Shown: positions 44,701-55,935 of the stretch, one piece after another | Position numbering within the stretch: the first letter of the stretch is position 1 | How the letters are laid out: each line of letters starts with the position of its first letter | NCBI GenBank assembly: GCA_035084275.1 | Contig: JAYJKW010000187.1 | Span: 1 to 59,523, forward strand | Length of the DNA stretch: 59,523 nt | Source: Hydrolagus colliei | Lineage: Eukaryota | Reading direction: 5' to 3' | Made by a program: the position numbers and the translations under genes | The notes under the pieces: generated by a model | What the model saw: the letters and a program-made list of their open reading frames with translations, nothing else | The model's database searches: none | What the model was told of the DNA's origin: nothing

Positions 44701-47700
44701 TGTGTGTTGGGAGTCTGCATCTCTATGTTTTTGAATGTTAAGTGTCTATGTCTCTGTGTGTTTGTGTGTCGGTTGTGTGTCTGTTATTGTGTGTTGGGTG
44801 TGTGTTTGCATGTATGGGATGTCTGTGTATGTTTGCGTGTATAGTGTGTGTTTCTGTATATTGTGTGTATATATTTGTGTATTGGGTGCCTGTGTCTCTG
44901 TGTTTGTGTGTGTTGGGTGTGTCTCTGTGTTTGTGTGTGTTGGGTGTGTCTCTGTGTTTGTGTGTGTTGGGTGTGTCTGTGTTTGTGTGTGTTGGGTGTG
45001 TCTCTGTGTTTGTGTGTGTTGGGTGTGTCTCTGTGTTTGTGTGTGTTGGGTGTGTCTCTGTGTTTGTGTGTGTTGGGTATGTCTCTGTGTTTGTGTGTGT
45101 TGGGTGTGTCTCTGTGTTTGTGTGTGTTGGGTGTGTCTCTGTGTTTGTGTGTGTTGGGTGTGTCTCTGTGTTTGTGTTTGTTGGGTGTGTCTCTGTGTCT
45201 GCGTGTGTTGGGTGTGTCTCTGTGTATATTGTGTGTATATATTTGTGTATTGGGTGTGTGTGTCTCTTTGTATGTCTGTGTGTGTAGTATTTCAATGTGT
45301 CTCTGCCCACACAGTATTCCAGAGGAACGGTTGGACAATGCTCGGCCCAGACGAAGTGAAGACTGAGATCGGGACGTCAGCCATCGTGTCCTGCTGGTTC
45401 TCCCACCCAAATCCCAATGACAGAGGTGACATCACGATCAAGTGGACGATCAATAACAATAAAGTCATCAGGTTTGAGTGCCGCTGGAACAGCCCAGCTC
45501 AGAGCAAGGCCGGCAAGTGTGAGACAATGGAACCGAAGCCCGGGGACGAGCGATACCGGCTGCTGGGGGACCCCTGGCATAACGACGTCACACTGATGAT
45601 AGACTCTGTGATCAGTCAGGACCAGGGGAGGTATATGTACCGAGTGGAGATTAACATCAAAGGGCAAAATTTTAATTCCCTCCACACCCAGCTGTCAGTA
45701 ACAGGTGAGACCATTGTGTCTGTGCTTCTCTATGACACAACAATCCATTCACTAACCTCCCCCTCCCCCCCCGCCCACTCCCCAATGCCCTACAATTGGC
45801 TTCTCTTCAGATATTTACCCAATTCCCTCCTGAAACCTCACCTGGATCCTGCCTCAATCCCTGCTCCCGGCCGGCGTTTCACAAACAATCGGAGAATCTT
45901 ACAGCACAGAAGGAGGCCATTCAGCCCATGATGTCTGTCTCACCCTGTTGAAAGAGCAATAACTAGTCCCTCCACTGTTACCCCAACTAGTCCCAAACCC
46001 CACTCTTAGCCCCAATTAGTCCCATTTCCCCCATTATTACCCCAACTAGTCCCACACCCCCCCCCCTTGTTATCCCAAATAGTCCTCACTCACCCTGCTC
46101 TTACCCCATATCCACATTTTTCCTTTTTAAGTCCCTATCCAATTCCCTATTAAAAGCTATTATTGAATCGGTTTCCACCCTTTCAGGCAGTGCATTCCAG
46201 ACTGTAATAACTCTCAGGGTAAAATCAATTCTCCTCATCTCCCCTCTGGTTATTTTGCCAATCACCTTAAATCTGTATCCTCTGATTTCTGACCCACTCG
46301 TCAGAGGAAAGAGTTTCTCTCTATTCGCTCGATCATAACTGCTCATCATTTTGAGCATCTGTATTAAATTATTATTATTATCAGTACCTTGGGACGTCCT
46401 CCCGACGTGAAAGGCGCTCTATAAATGTAATTTGTTGTTGTTGTTGTTAATCATTCTTGCATGGCTTTGCGTGATTGGCTGCCGCATTTCGCCCACAAAA
46501 TATACAGTCAATTCACTTTACAGTATATTACATGAAGCACTTTGAGACATCTCAAAGGCCTGATCTGATACTGTATCAAATGCAAGGATGATTTGATGTA
46601 GAGTTTTGAAGGCCTCTCAAAGCATTTCATGGAATATTCTGTGAAGTGAATTGACACCAGCTGAGGCCCAACCAGAGATTACTAAAGACTCAATATAACT
46701 TCTTTGCTTTTATGCTCTAAGCCTCTATTTATAGAGGTGACCATAAACACAGTCGAAGAGGAACGTCTTGAGGCATGATCTGAAAATGGGGAAGGATGGG
46801 GCCAGGTGGAGAGATTGAGGGAGAGAGAACAGGAGTTTATATATATATAATAATATAATAATCCTTGCATTTGATATAGCGCTTTTCACATCTTATCGAT
46901 TTCCCAAAGCGCTTCACAGAATATACTGTAAAGTGAAGTCACTGTATATATTTGTGGGTGAATCGTGGCAACCAATTGCGCACAGTAGTGTCCCCTACAA
47001 ACAGTCGTGGTTTGAAATGACCAATTTTATTGTTGTGGTTTTTTGGGGGGAGGCATTATTATTAGGCGTGTGGAGTAACGAAACTTGCCCAAGGTTTTGC
47101 CCTGACCTGCCTGGATTCGAACACAGGTCTCTCCAGCTTAGTCTCCCCAGCTTGCAAGACAAGTGCTCTAACCACTGAGCCACAGGAGTTTGGGGGAAAG
47201 TTTGACATTGTTATTCAAGTGACCTCTATACAGTTGAACTGTGTGTCCAGGCCACACCAGGGTACATTCAGCGGGGACCGGCCTGCTTCCTCCCCACCCT
47301 CTACTCTCCACCTTCGACAGTCAGCTTTCAGCCATTCAGCCCCCGCTCTATGGAAGTCCGTCCCAGATTCCCTCCGTCTCAAGCCCATCTCAAAATACAC
47401 ATCTTCGCCTGCTCTGAACGTCATTTTTCCCTCTACCTCTAATTAAGGTGCCCAGACACCAATGTCAACACTGTAAGTCTTAAGACATCCCCCCCCACAC
47501 CCTCCCCCTATCCTGAAAGGTGCTGGATAAATGTAAACTGTATTAAAACAGCTGCTGAGAAAGTAACAATGATGACTGTCTATCTGTCTGCCTGTCTGTG
47601 TATGTCTCTGTATATTGTATGTGAGTCTCTCTGTGTCTGGTATAGACACACATTGTCTATTTGTGTGAGTGTGTGTATTGTGTATAGCTGTGTGAGTTGT

Positions 47701-49674
47701 GTGTGTGTGTGTGTGTGTGTGGCTGTGTGTGAGTATGTGACTGTGTGTGTTTCTTCTCTGAGGTGGTGACACAAACAAGCGTCTGGTGATGGGGACGGTG
47801 GGAGAATCGGTGATGTTGCCTTGCCCACTGCCCCCTGATGTCAAAGGGTATAAACCTGACAATGTCACGTGGGTGATGAAGGAGCCTTACAGCCGGCTGG
47901 CGACCTTCAGACTGGAGGCTGGTTCCTGGGTTAGGAAGGAGGGTAAAGGGCGATATGAGCTGAGGGGGAGCATGGCTGATGGGAACATCGCACTGACAGT
48001 GAGCTGTCTGGTAATAGAGGACAATGGCACCTACCTGTGTCTAGTGGAGGCTGAGTGGGCGAAGAAACGCGTGGTGATCCAGAGGGAGATCAGACTCCAG
48101 GTTGAGATCAGCGTTCCAGGTAAGAGCCCTCGCTGACACATCCCTGACACATTGGACAGTGAAGAGTTTGCATCCGAGCTGGGGGCTGGAGTCAAGAGGG
48201 GAGGAGGACGAGGGGTTGGCGATGGGGGGATGAGTGGAGATGCAGACACAGAGGAAGGTCTTGAGATGGGTCTTGCAGGACACAAGTGAGAGGGTGAGGT
48301 GATAGGGATGGTGAGAGTATCTGTGATGCTCATTGAGATGTATTGGGATGGAATTCCAGAGATTGGGAGCTGTCCAGGTATGAGCCCTTTGTCCGCATCC
48401 TTGGATTTTGGTTATCAACCATAACCATATAACATCACACTAGCCTTGCACCTTGGGGAGAGAGCAGGGAATGGGCTTAGAATAGAGAGCTCCAATGGGG
48501 GAGTGAGCACCAGTACAGACACCATGGGGAGAGAGAGAGAGAGAGAGCAGGGAATGGGGTTAGAGTAGAGAGCTCCAGTGAGACAGTGAGCACCAGTACA
48601 GACACTATGGGGAGAGAGAGAGAGACCGAGAGCGGGGAATAGGGTTAGAGTAGAGAGCATCAGTGGGGGAGTGAGCACCAGTACAGACACTATGGGGAGA
48701 GCGCATTGAATGGATTATAGAGTTCCAGTGGGGGAGCGAGCACCAGCACAGAGGAAAATTTCTTGGTTAGAATAACTCTTCTTTCTTTATCGCCGAAGCT
48801 CTGGCCAACATTGGGCTGTGGCTGATGCCTGCAGCCAAATGTCTCGTTCTGTTGGTGATGGGGATCATTATCGCCTGTAACTCAAGAGGTTTGTCAATTC
48901 TTTGCTGTTTATATTTGAAATATAAAACCACTGGAGCTAATGGGCTTTTACTATAAACAAGATGTGTAACCTATCTTACCTGGGGAGAGAACTCAAAAAT
49001 ATCGCAGAGGAAAGTCACAACACTATTCATATCACCAGCGTGGTTACCAACCTGCTGTAAAATTATAGAGACCCTTATTGAGGATAAAATCACAGAGCAC
49101 TTGGATGGAAATATAATGAGAAAGGATAGCCGATATGGATTCATGAAGGGAAGGTCCTGCCAACCTAATTTACTGATTTTGTTTGGAAGCGTGGAAAAGA
49201 ACAAACCACTTTCATTTGTCTCGATGGCTTGATAAGAGGCTCCATCAAACGCAAGAATTATTATTATGATAAATTCTAAACAGGGACAGGGAAAGAGATG
49301 ATTGAAAGTGCGGTCAGAGAAGAAGGTTGAGAGATGGACCCGGAAGGAGATGAGAGAAGAGGAAAGCTGAAGGGGTTCCAGAGTACAGTCCAGAGAGTGG
49401 GGGAAGGTACGCTGAAAACTTCCCCAACTGGATTTTAAGGGTTTACCACATATCTGCGCTATCTTAGGTTTCAAGACAAAACGACTCCCAGACTGAGACT
49501 AGGTGGAATTTAGGATCTCTGTTGAGCTATTATCCCATATAGAACATGGGACCCAGTGTCTTCAAGTCATCGTGTTTGATTGGCTGCAAATTGATCCTAT
49601 TCTCATTGGAATATGGCCAGTAAACGTTTTTTCCTTTCTCCCAAGATCGTAGAAGATCAACAGAGCGTCAGTGA
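41724..49674 (+). CDS. Gene 2: predicted activating Ig-superfamily receptor (SP - Siglec-15-like V - V-set - TM with Lys - short basic tail), 308 aa, 5 coding exons
   Basis: Exons 41724-41784, 45315-45704, 47763-48119, 48799-48888, 49646-49674, all joined in phase 1, total 927 nt, open. Confidence 0.82.
42394..43910 (-). mobile_element. 5'-truncated CR1-type LINE in gene 2 intron 1
   Basis: ORFs 43458..43907 ([38 protein letters not shown]) and 42919..43296; cttatgttctta tail at left end. Confidence 0.9.
44850..45240. repeat. TG-rich ~26 bp minisatellite (gttgggtgtgtctctgtgtttgtgtgt) before the V exon; mirror at 23470-23760 with fewer units
   Basis: Tandem units seen directly; unit number differs between arms. 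Confidence 0.85.
45315..45704 (+). CDS. Gene 2 exon 2: Siglec-15-like V-set domain
   Basis: 390 nt phase 1-1 exon; 13 nt differences from gene 1 exon 2; [11 protein letters not shown]. Confidence 0.9.
47763..48119 (+). CDS. Gene 2 exon 3: V-set domain (A type)
   Basis: 357 nt phase 1-1 exon; ORF 47786..48136; extra Cys (SCLV instead of SSLV). Confidence 0.9.
48460..48753 (+). repeat. ~60-70 bp tandem repeat (gttagagtagagagctccagtgggggagtgagcaccagtacagac) upstream of gene 2 TM exon
   Basis: About five units; a single homologous unit lies on the minus strand at 13291-13335. Confidence 0.8.
48799..48888 (+). CDS. Gene 2 exon 4: TM with central lysine [30 protein letters not shown]
   Basis: Acceptor tctttctttatcgccgaag|, donor GAG|gtttgt, 90 nt phase 1-1; hydrophobic stretch interrupted by a single Lys. 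Confidence 0.78.
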
Positions 49675-52600
49675 AGGAGAGGTTCTGATCATGAAAATCC
49701 TTCAGACCACAAGATCAATGCTCAGCCTGCAATCCTCCCATTTCACCATTGAGCTCAACAGTGACCTGTCACACTCTTTACACAACGCAATCCTGGAGGG
49801 TTGCAGGGATCTCAGTGTCTTTCCACCCCTACATGCTCACATAGTCGCCATCTCCCTGCTCTACACTGTACTGTACCAAACCTCAGGCCAGCCATGGTCT
49901 AGGCCTCTGGCCTCTTTGGTCCTCTCACACGGCCTACAGACACTTCTCTCATACACGTCTGTCTGTCAGCTTATCAACCACTTACAGCCTCCAGCCCACA
50001 GACACTCACAGCCCACAGCCCATAAGCTTATCACAGCCTTCAAGGCACAGAAACAACAAAGATGTGTATCTCGTCTGTCCACAACCCAGAATATCAGAGG
50101 AAGTTGGTCAGCTTTGCACGGCATTTACCTCGACTGCTGAATTCAAACTGTACAAGTCGCCCTCTTTCATATCAACCTCTTTCAAACTCTGCAAGTCATT
50201 GTTCCCAGAATCATTTTACACCAACATTATCAGTATTCAATTGCTACTGAGCTCATTAACGCAATAAGCAGCATTCTACTCTGTCTCCCTTAACATATAC
50301 TTCTATCTCTAGCCTACCCACTGTTTCATTTTTTTCTATGTTATACGCCATTAGTTTACCTTTCCCCTTCTCCATTTTTTCCCATTTTTTCCCATAATGG
50401 TGAAGGCTGGTTTTCCCAATTTGATATATTCTTCCCTTGCCATTACTTGCAGCATCCACATTCAATTGTCAGTTACGTCATTAAAGCAATATACAACGAG
50501 GATGCTGGGTTATATTCTTAAAATAAGTTTAGATCCCCAAATGTCATACCTAGGATATAGAATCAACCCACGTCCAGAGTATTGCAATAATAACCCTGGA
50601 TCCCTGTGGGCAATTGTTACCCTGACTGTGTGTGTGTGTGGGCAATAGTAACTGTGCTGCTTTTGAATTGACTGATTAAAATACTTCATGAAAGTGCCAT
50701 TCAATCCTCTGGGTTAATGTGTCTGCAAACAACAGCAACAAAATTACATTTGTATAGTGCCTTTCACGACAAGATGACGTCTCAAGGTGCCGGACTGTCA
50801 GTGCTTTGGACACGAGTTGGCGCGGGATTGGGAAGGGCAGGGCAGGGTGGGGAGGAGGTTGATTGAAGGAATGGTCGAAGAGGAGGGTCCTGAGATGTGC
50901 CCACAAAATATACAGTCAATTCACTTTGTTGCATACAAAACACAAAACGTACTGGATAAACAAGGTTTTACTGCGCTACAGATGCTGGAAAATTGAAACA
51001 AGGCAGGCAGCATCTATGGAGAAAGGAAAAGTGAGTCAATGTTTTGGGTCCACGATCCTTCATCAGAACTGGGAGGGAGAAGCCTTTAAGGACTAACAGA
51101 GAGGAAGAGACAGGGCAAGGAAGACAAAAGAGAAAGTGGGGTAGAGGGCAGGAGATGATGGGTTAAAGAAGTGTTAATGTTGTGAAACAAAAGGGGAAAT
51201 TGCAACTAAACTGGAGAGAAGAGGTGCTAATAACAGCCTCCTCTATAGACGGCAGAACTCTGCAGCCCTTGTCGTCTGCCACTCCAAGCTCCGTGACCCC
51301 ATCTCCCCCATTCTCACCTGACTCCATTGGCTCCCCATCACTCAACTGATTGAATCCAACATCCTGGTCCTCACCTTCAAAACCCTCCAGAGCCTTGCCC
51401 CACCCTACCTCTATGACCTCCAAACACCCTCCCAGCCTGCCCGCTCCCTCCACTAAGCAGGCTCCGGCCTACTCCTTGTCCCCTGACCCATCCGCCCCAC
51501 CATCGGCGGGTGTGGCTTCAGCCACTCTGCCCCTAACCTCTGGAATTCCATCCCTCAGTCCCTCCACCTTGTACCCTCTCTAGCCTCCTTCAAGTCCCAC
51601 ATCATGACCTTCCTCTTCGATGGTCCCATCAGTCACTTCCTTTTCCTTCACCCTCCCTGACCCCGACCCTAGCTTGTGTCTGCAACACTGACTGTCCGGC
51701 AGCTTGGGACGTCCACTCGGTGTGAAAGTCGCTATTCAAGTGTAATCTTGTTGTTGTTGTTGTAAATAGTAGAGTAAGGAAACTTGCCTAAAGGGAATCA
51801 AACCCTGGTCCTCTCACTTGTCAAGTGTCCTAACCACTATGCTATAGGGCCCCCCCCATTATGTTTACATAGCCGTAATTCCTGGGAGAAGAGGGGTGTC
51901 ACGTAATGTGTGGAGGTTCTTCAAGGAGATGGGTTGAGTGGAGGCTGTGTAATGTTTGTGTATTAGAGATGGTGCCCCGACTGACAGCAGCGGTCACTGG
52001 GACAGGCTCCACAGCCACAGTTGGTTTTCTCTGGGACACAGAAAGTTATGTTGGGGTTTGGGGGGATGGTCTTGGAATTGAAACATCTGAGCAGAAGACA
52101 TTATAGCATCACAAGATGTCAGTACTTCCTGCAGCTGAATGACAAGAGGAAGCAGTAATGTTTATCAGTTGACCACAACGTGGAAGTTTCAATAGCCAGT
52201 CAAGTGCTTTCGAGTAAATAAAATTCCCCTCCCCTCGTGGATCCTCCCCTCAATACATCCCAACATTACCAGGCAACCTTTCATCCTCTCTGCCTCTATC
52301 CTCTGGAAATCTCTTTCCAAATGCCACAACAAATAACAACAACTCAATGACAATTGTATAGCAGCTTTCATGTCAGGAGGACGTCCCAAGGTGCTGGACA
52401 GTCAATGTTTCAGATCTGAGCTGGTGTCGGGAATGGGGAGGGTGGTGGGAAAGTAGGGGATTTGAGATGACCAATGAGACTGTGGAAGAGGAGGGTCTAG
52501 AGGTGGGACTTGAAGGAGGCTAAGGATGGGGTGAGATGGAAAAGGGAACATGGGATGGAATTCCAGAGGTTACGGACAGAGAGGCTGTAGGCTCGCCCAC

Positions 52601-52782
52601 CGATGGTGGGTTGGGTGGGTCGGGGGGCTTGGAGCATGCCGGAGCCTACTGAGTGTAGGGGGCAGGAGTGTTGTTAGGTGGTGAGGAAGTCACAGAGGTA
52701 GGGGCGAGGTCATGAAGTGCTTTGAATGCGAGGACCAGGATCTTGAATTGAATCCTCTAGGCAATCGCGAGCTAATGGAGTC
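48970..52782 (+). repeat. Direct segmental duplicate of about 33400-40202
   Basis: Shared ORFs (MKILQ..HNAILEGCRDL at 33991 and 49613; MCGGSSRRW at 39332 and 51906); match ends at ctaatggagtca (40202 / 52782). Confidence 0.8.
49646..49674 (+). CDS. Gene 2 last coding exon: DRRRSTERQ-stop
   Basis: Strong acceptor ttttttcctttctcccaag|AT CGT AGA AGA TCA ACA GAG CGT CAG TGA; in frame with the TM exon. Confidence 0.65.
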
Positions 52783-54461
52783 AGGTTTGCTAGCGACCGC
52801 AATGTGAAGCTGCCAAGAGTCAGTCTCTGCTGGGGCTGGGTCAGTGTAGCTGCCACGAGTCGGTTCCTGTACAGACTGGGTTAGTTGAGTAGTTGAGTTG
52901 GTTTAGGCGGAGGTGGATCACGGTTGGGGTTGTTTACTTTGCTGAATTGTTAACTTGGCTGAGTTGGTTCTGGCCCTTGCCTTGAGTGGGTGGTTGAGTC
53001 AGTTCAGGGCTGAAAGTCTGCAATTGTCCTTCGAGTGGACTGTAAATCACACTCAATAGTGTTTCTCTGTGGTGGTGAAGGGAAAGAATCTGAACCTTGG
53101 GTAACGAGAGCCCTGTGGGATCGATCGTTGTTGATGGTTTGACTGATCTTTGTGAGACAATACAATTTGTTGTATTTATGGATGATTTTTCTCACTCAGT
53201 TTCATCATTTGCAGATTTGACAACGAAGCTCCTTTCTGTCGGTTGTTGCTTGGCTAGTGTTGGATTCGGAAGAAATGGGAGTTTTCTCAAAGAAACGATC
53301 TTCAGTCATCACAGAGTTTTATGATCTTTTTATTCAGTACTACATCCCAGTTATAGTACAGGCACTCCTCTTATGATTCGAATATGGCTTGTTAGTTCGA
53401 ACAGTTGAATCTTGGAGGATTCAACACATATATACTCAGTTCGCTTTCTTTGTCCTACAGGACCCAATCAGTTAAGACAGTATTGCCCAACCAACATGCC
53501 CATATTAGGAGCGTTATCCAATGGTCACACACACTGGTTATCTTTCTACACTACAAAGTTATCTGATCCAATGGTCACACACACTTGTTATATTTCTACA
53601 ATACATAGTTATCTGGTCTAAATCAGTCTAAACTGCCAGATAAACACAAACGTGTTGTTACAGAGTCACACACAAAACTGCTACATTCCAACAGCTAGGA
53701 TCTCCTTGGTTATTCCGAAGTTGACCTGGAGCCCGCCCATCCCTGCGATTGGCCTTGTTCACCTCTGGGCTTCACCTCAGCCGTCAACCGAAGTTAGGTC
53801 TGAAACTCTTGCCATTTTTCTATTTAGCCAATCTCTGGATCACATTGTAGGTCGAGTTGGGAAGTTGTTAGGAACAGAGGCTGAGGTTTGATGGGGACAG
53901 GACGAGGGAGATGTTGTTAGATTAATGTGGAGCTCACAGACCGGGTTGATGATAGAGTTGGTGAGCACAGAATGTAGGAACACAGACATTGAGGTTACCC
54001 ACTATAGTAGGCACTGTAAGATGAGGACAGAAATTAATCATTTCTATTACAATAGTTTGAGCTGAGAGAGTGAAGTTGTTTGGAATTGGCCAGAGGCAGA
54101 GCCTGCAAAGGTTCAGTCGGTCGGTCGGTCAGTCAGTCAGTTGGTTCCACCTGCCTGGCCGTGAGCCTCCCGACCCAGTGGGTGGAGTCAGTCGGCTGGA
54201 GTGGCTAGGAACACTCAGCCGGTTAGGCAGCATCTATGGAGAAAATGAGCAAACATTTTCGAAAGAAGGGATGATGGACCCGAAAGTTGATTCACTTTCC
54301 TCTCTCCATAGATGCTGCCTGACCTGCTGAATGTCCCCAGTGACTCCTGTTTTTATTGCAGCAGGTTGTACTTGTCGGATTAGTTGAAGAAGAGTAGGAG
54401 GTTGGCTCACATAAATGCCGGCATAGACCAGTTGCTAAATGGGCTGTTTCTACGCTGTAAA

Positions 54462-55258
54462 CAGGTATCCCCCGATTTATGACAGGGTTGCTTGCGTTCC
54501 TGAAAAATGTCACATAAATCAAAATGTCATAAATTGGAATGGGTTTTCCCATATAATAATAATAATCCTGGCATTTGATATAGTGCTTTCCACATCTTAT
54601 CGACATCTGAAAGCGCTTCACAGAATATATTCAAGGAAAGTTGCCCAAGGTTTCGCATGGTCTAGATTCGAACACAGGTCTCCCCGGCTTGCAAGACAAG
54701 TGCTCTAACCACTGAGCCACAGTAGCTCCATATGGTCCCATTATATAATCCGAGATCTGTTCTTTTGACAAAAGTTTCAGACCCCAAATCCATTAAAATA
54801 ACACTTTGCAACAAAGAATTGAATGATAATGAGACTTGATAAATTTAATCAATGAATAATTAATTTAATACCACATAGAACGGGTCCCACGGCTCTCGAG
54901 CGGTTCCCGTACCCCCAACAGCTCCAGCCCCTTGATGTCAGCGGCATGCCGGTTGCCAATTGAATGAGGTGATCAGGTGACCCCCAAGACCTCGGGTATA
55001 TACTAGATCTACACTTCCGCCTGGGCCACTGTTTGGCGCGTTTTTCTCAACCTCTTCACGCATTTCAAGTTGGTTTACACAATGTACTGGATATACTGCG
55101 TATTTAGATTTTTTCTACCCCCAAAAAATCAAGTATAATTTAAAAATGTCGTTAAAACGAAACAAAACATGGTACATCGATGAAAAGATGTTAAAAAAAA
55201 TTACATTTGTTGAATTGAAATCATGTAAATAGAGACATCGTACATCGGGGGATACCTG
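54462..55258. mobile_element. Tigger/pogo-like non-autonomous DNA element (MITE) with nested SINE at about 54555-54725
   Basis: Terminal inverted repeats caggtatcccccgat (54462) and atcgggggatacctg (ending 55258) followed by TA; no transposase ORF. Confidence 0.6.
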
Positions 55259-55629
55259 TATTGTTATGTAAACTTAGTCCTCGCTTAACATCGCAGCTGT
55301 GCTCGCAAAGTGAGACTTTGAGTGAAATGACACGAAGCAAACCTGCGCAAGAATATGGAACATTCAGCTGGCGATATCTACCAATGTAATTATGTTGTTG
55401 GCTATGACAATATTCCTCCCTCCCTCCCTGGTGGTGGCCCCCCCATGGCCAGCGTGGCGGAGTCAGGCGGTAGAGATTAACAGAAGCCCTTCCCTCCCTG
55501 CCTGCTTCACGCCGCGTCCCCAAACAGCTGATCGTTGGCATGCGTTTGCTGATTCGTACATTTCGCCAACTTTAGAAAACAATGTACGCATGCGCAAACA
55601 CGTGCCAGCGATCAGCTGTTTGCTTACGT

Positions 55630-55935
55630 GGGAGGGAGAGAGTTGGGGGGGGGAGGGAGAGGGTTGGGTGGGGAGGGAGAGGGTTGGGAGGGGGGGGGGA
55701 GAGGGTTGGGAGGGGGGGGGGAGAGGGTTGCGAGGGGAGGGAGAGAGTTGGGAGGGGAGGGAGAGGGTTGCGAGGGGAGGGAGAGAGTTAGCAGGGGAGA
55801 GAGAGAGTTGGGAGGGGAAGGAGAGAGTTGGGAGGGGAGGGAGAGAGTTGGTGGGGGAGGGAGGGGGTTGGGAGGGTAGGGAGAGAGTTAGGAGGGGAGA
55901 GAGAGAGTTGGGAGGCGAGGGAGAGAGTTGGGAGG
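55630..55935. repeat. GA-rich 20 bp minisatellite (GGGAGGGGAGGGAGAGAGTT) attached to an L2 3' fragment; second array at 59060-59355
   Basis: Tandem units seen directly, both abutting gaagaggagggtcttgagaccggccttgaa L2 sequence. Confidence 0.8.

Larger units (their letters stand above)
38810..48365 (+). repeat. Right arm of inverted segmental duplication
   Basis: Mirror of 19160-28590; differs by arm-specific CR1 insertions. Confidence 0.9.

Noticed and set aside
44850-45240. CRISPR-like regular repeats
   Set aside because: Head-to-tail minisatellite without unique spacers, in a eukaryotic context.
14177-48119. V exons as rearranging Ig/TCR V gene segments
   Set aside because: Each exon includes the G strand and ends at a GT splice donor; no CACAGTG heptamer/nonamer RSS follows; no J or C segments seen.
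19160-48365. Inverted duplication as an assembly artefact
   Set aside because: The arms differ by three independent CR1 insertions, minisatellite lengths, patterned coding changes and different TM/tail exons. It still needs long-read confirmation.
49613-50140. 175 aa ORF (and 33991..34620) as a protein-coding gene
   Set aside because: No recognisable domain; better explained as gene 2 last exon/3' UTR read in another frame and its duplicate.
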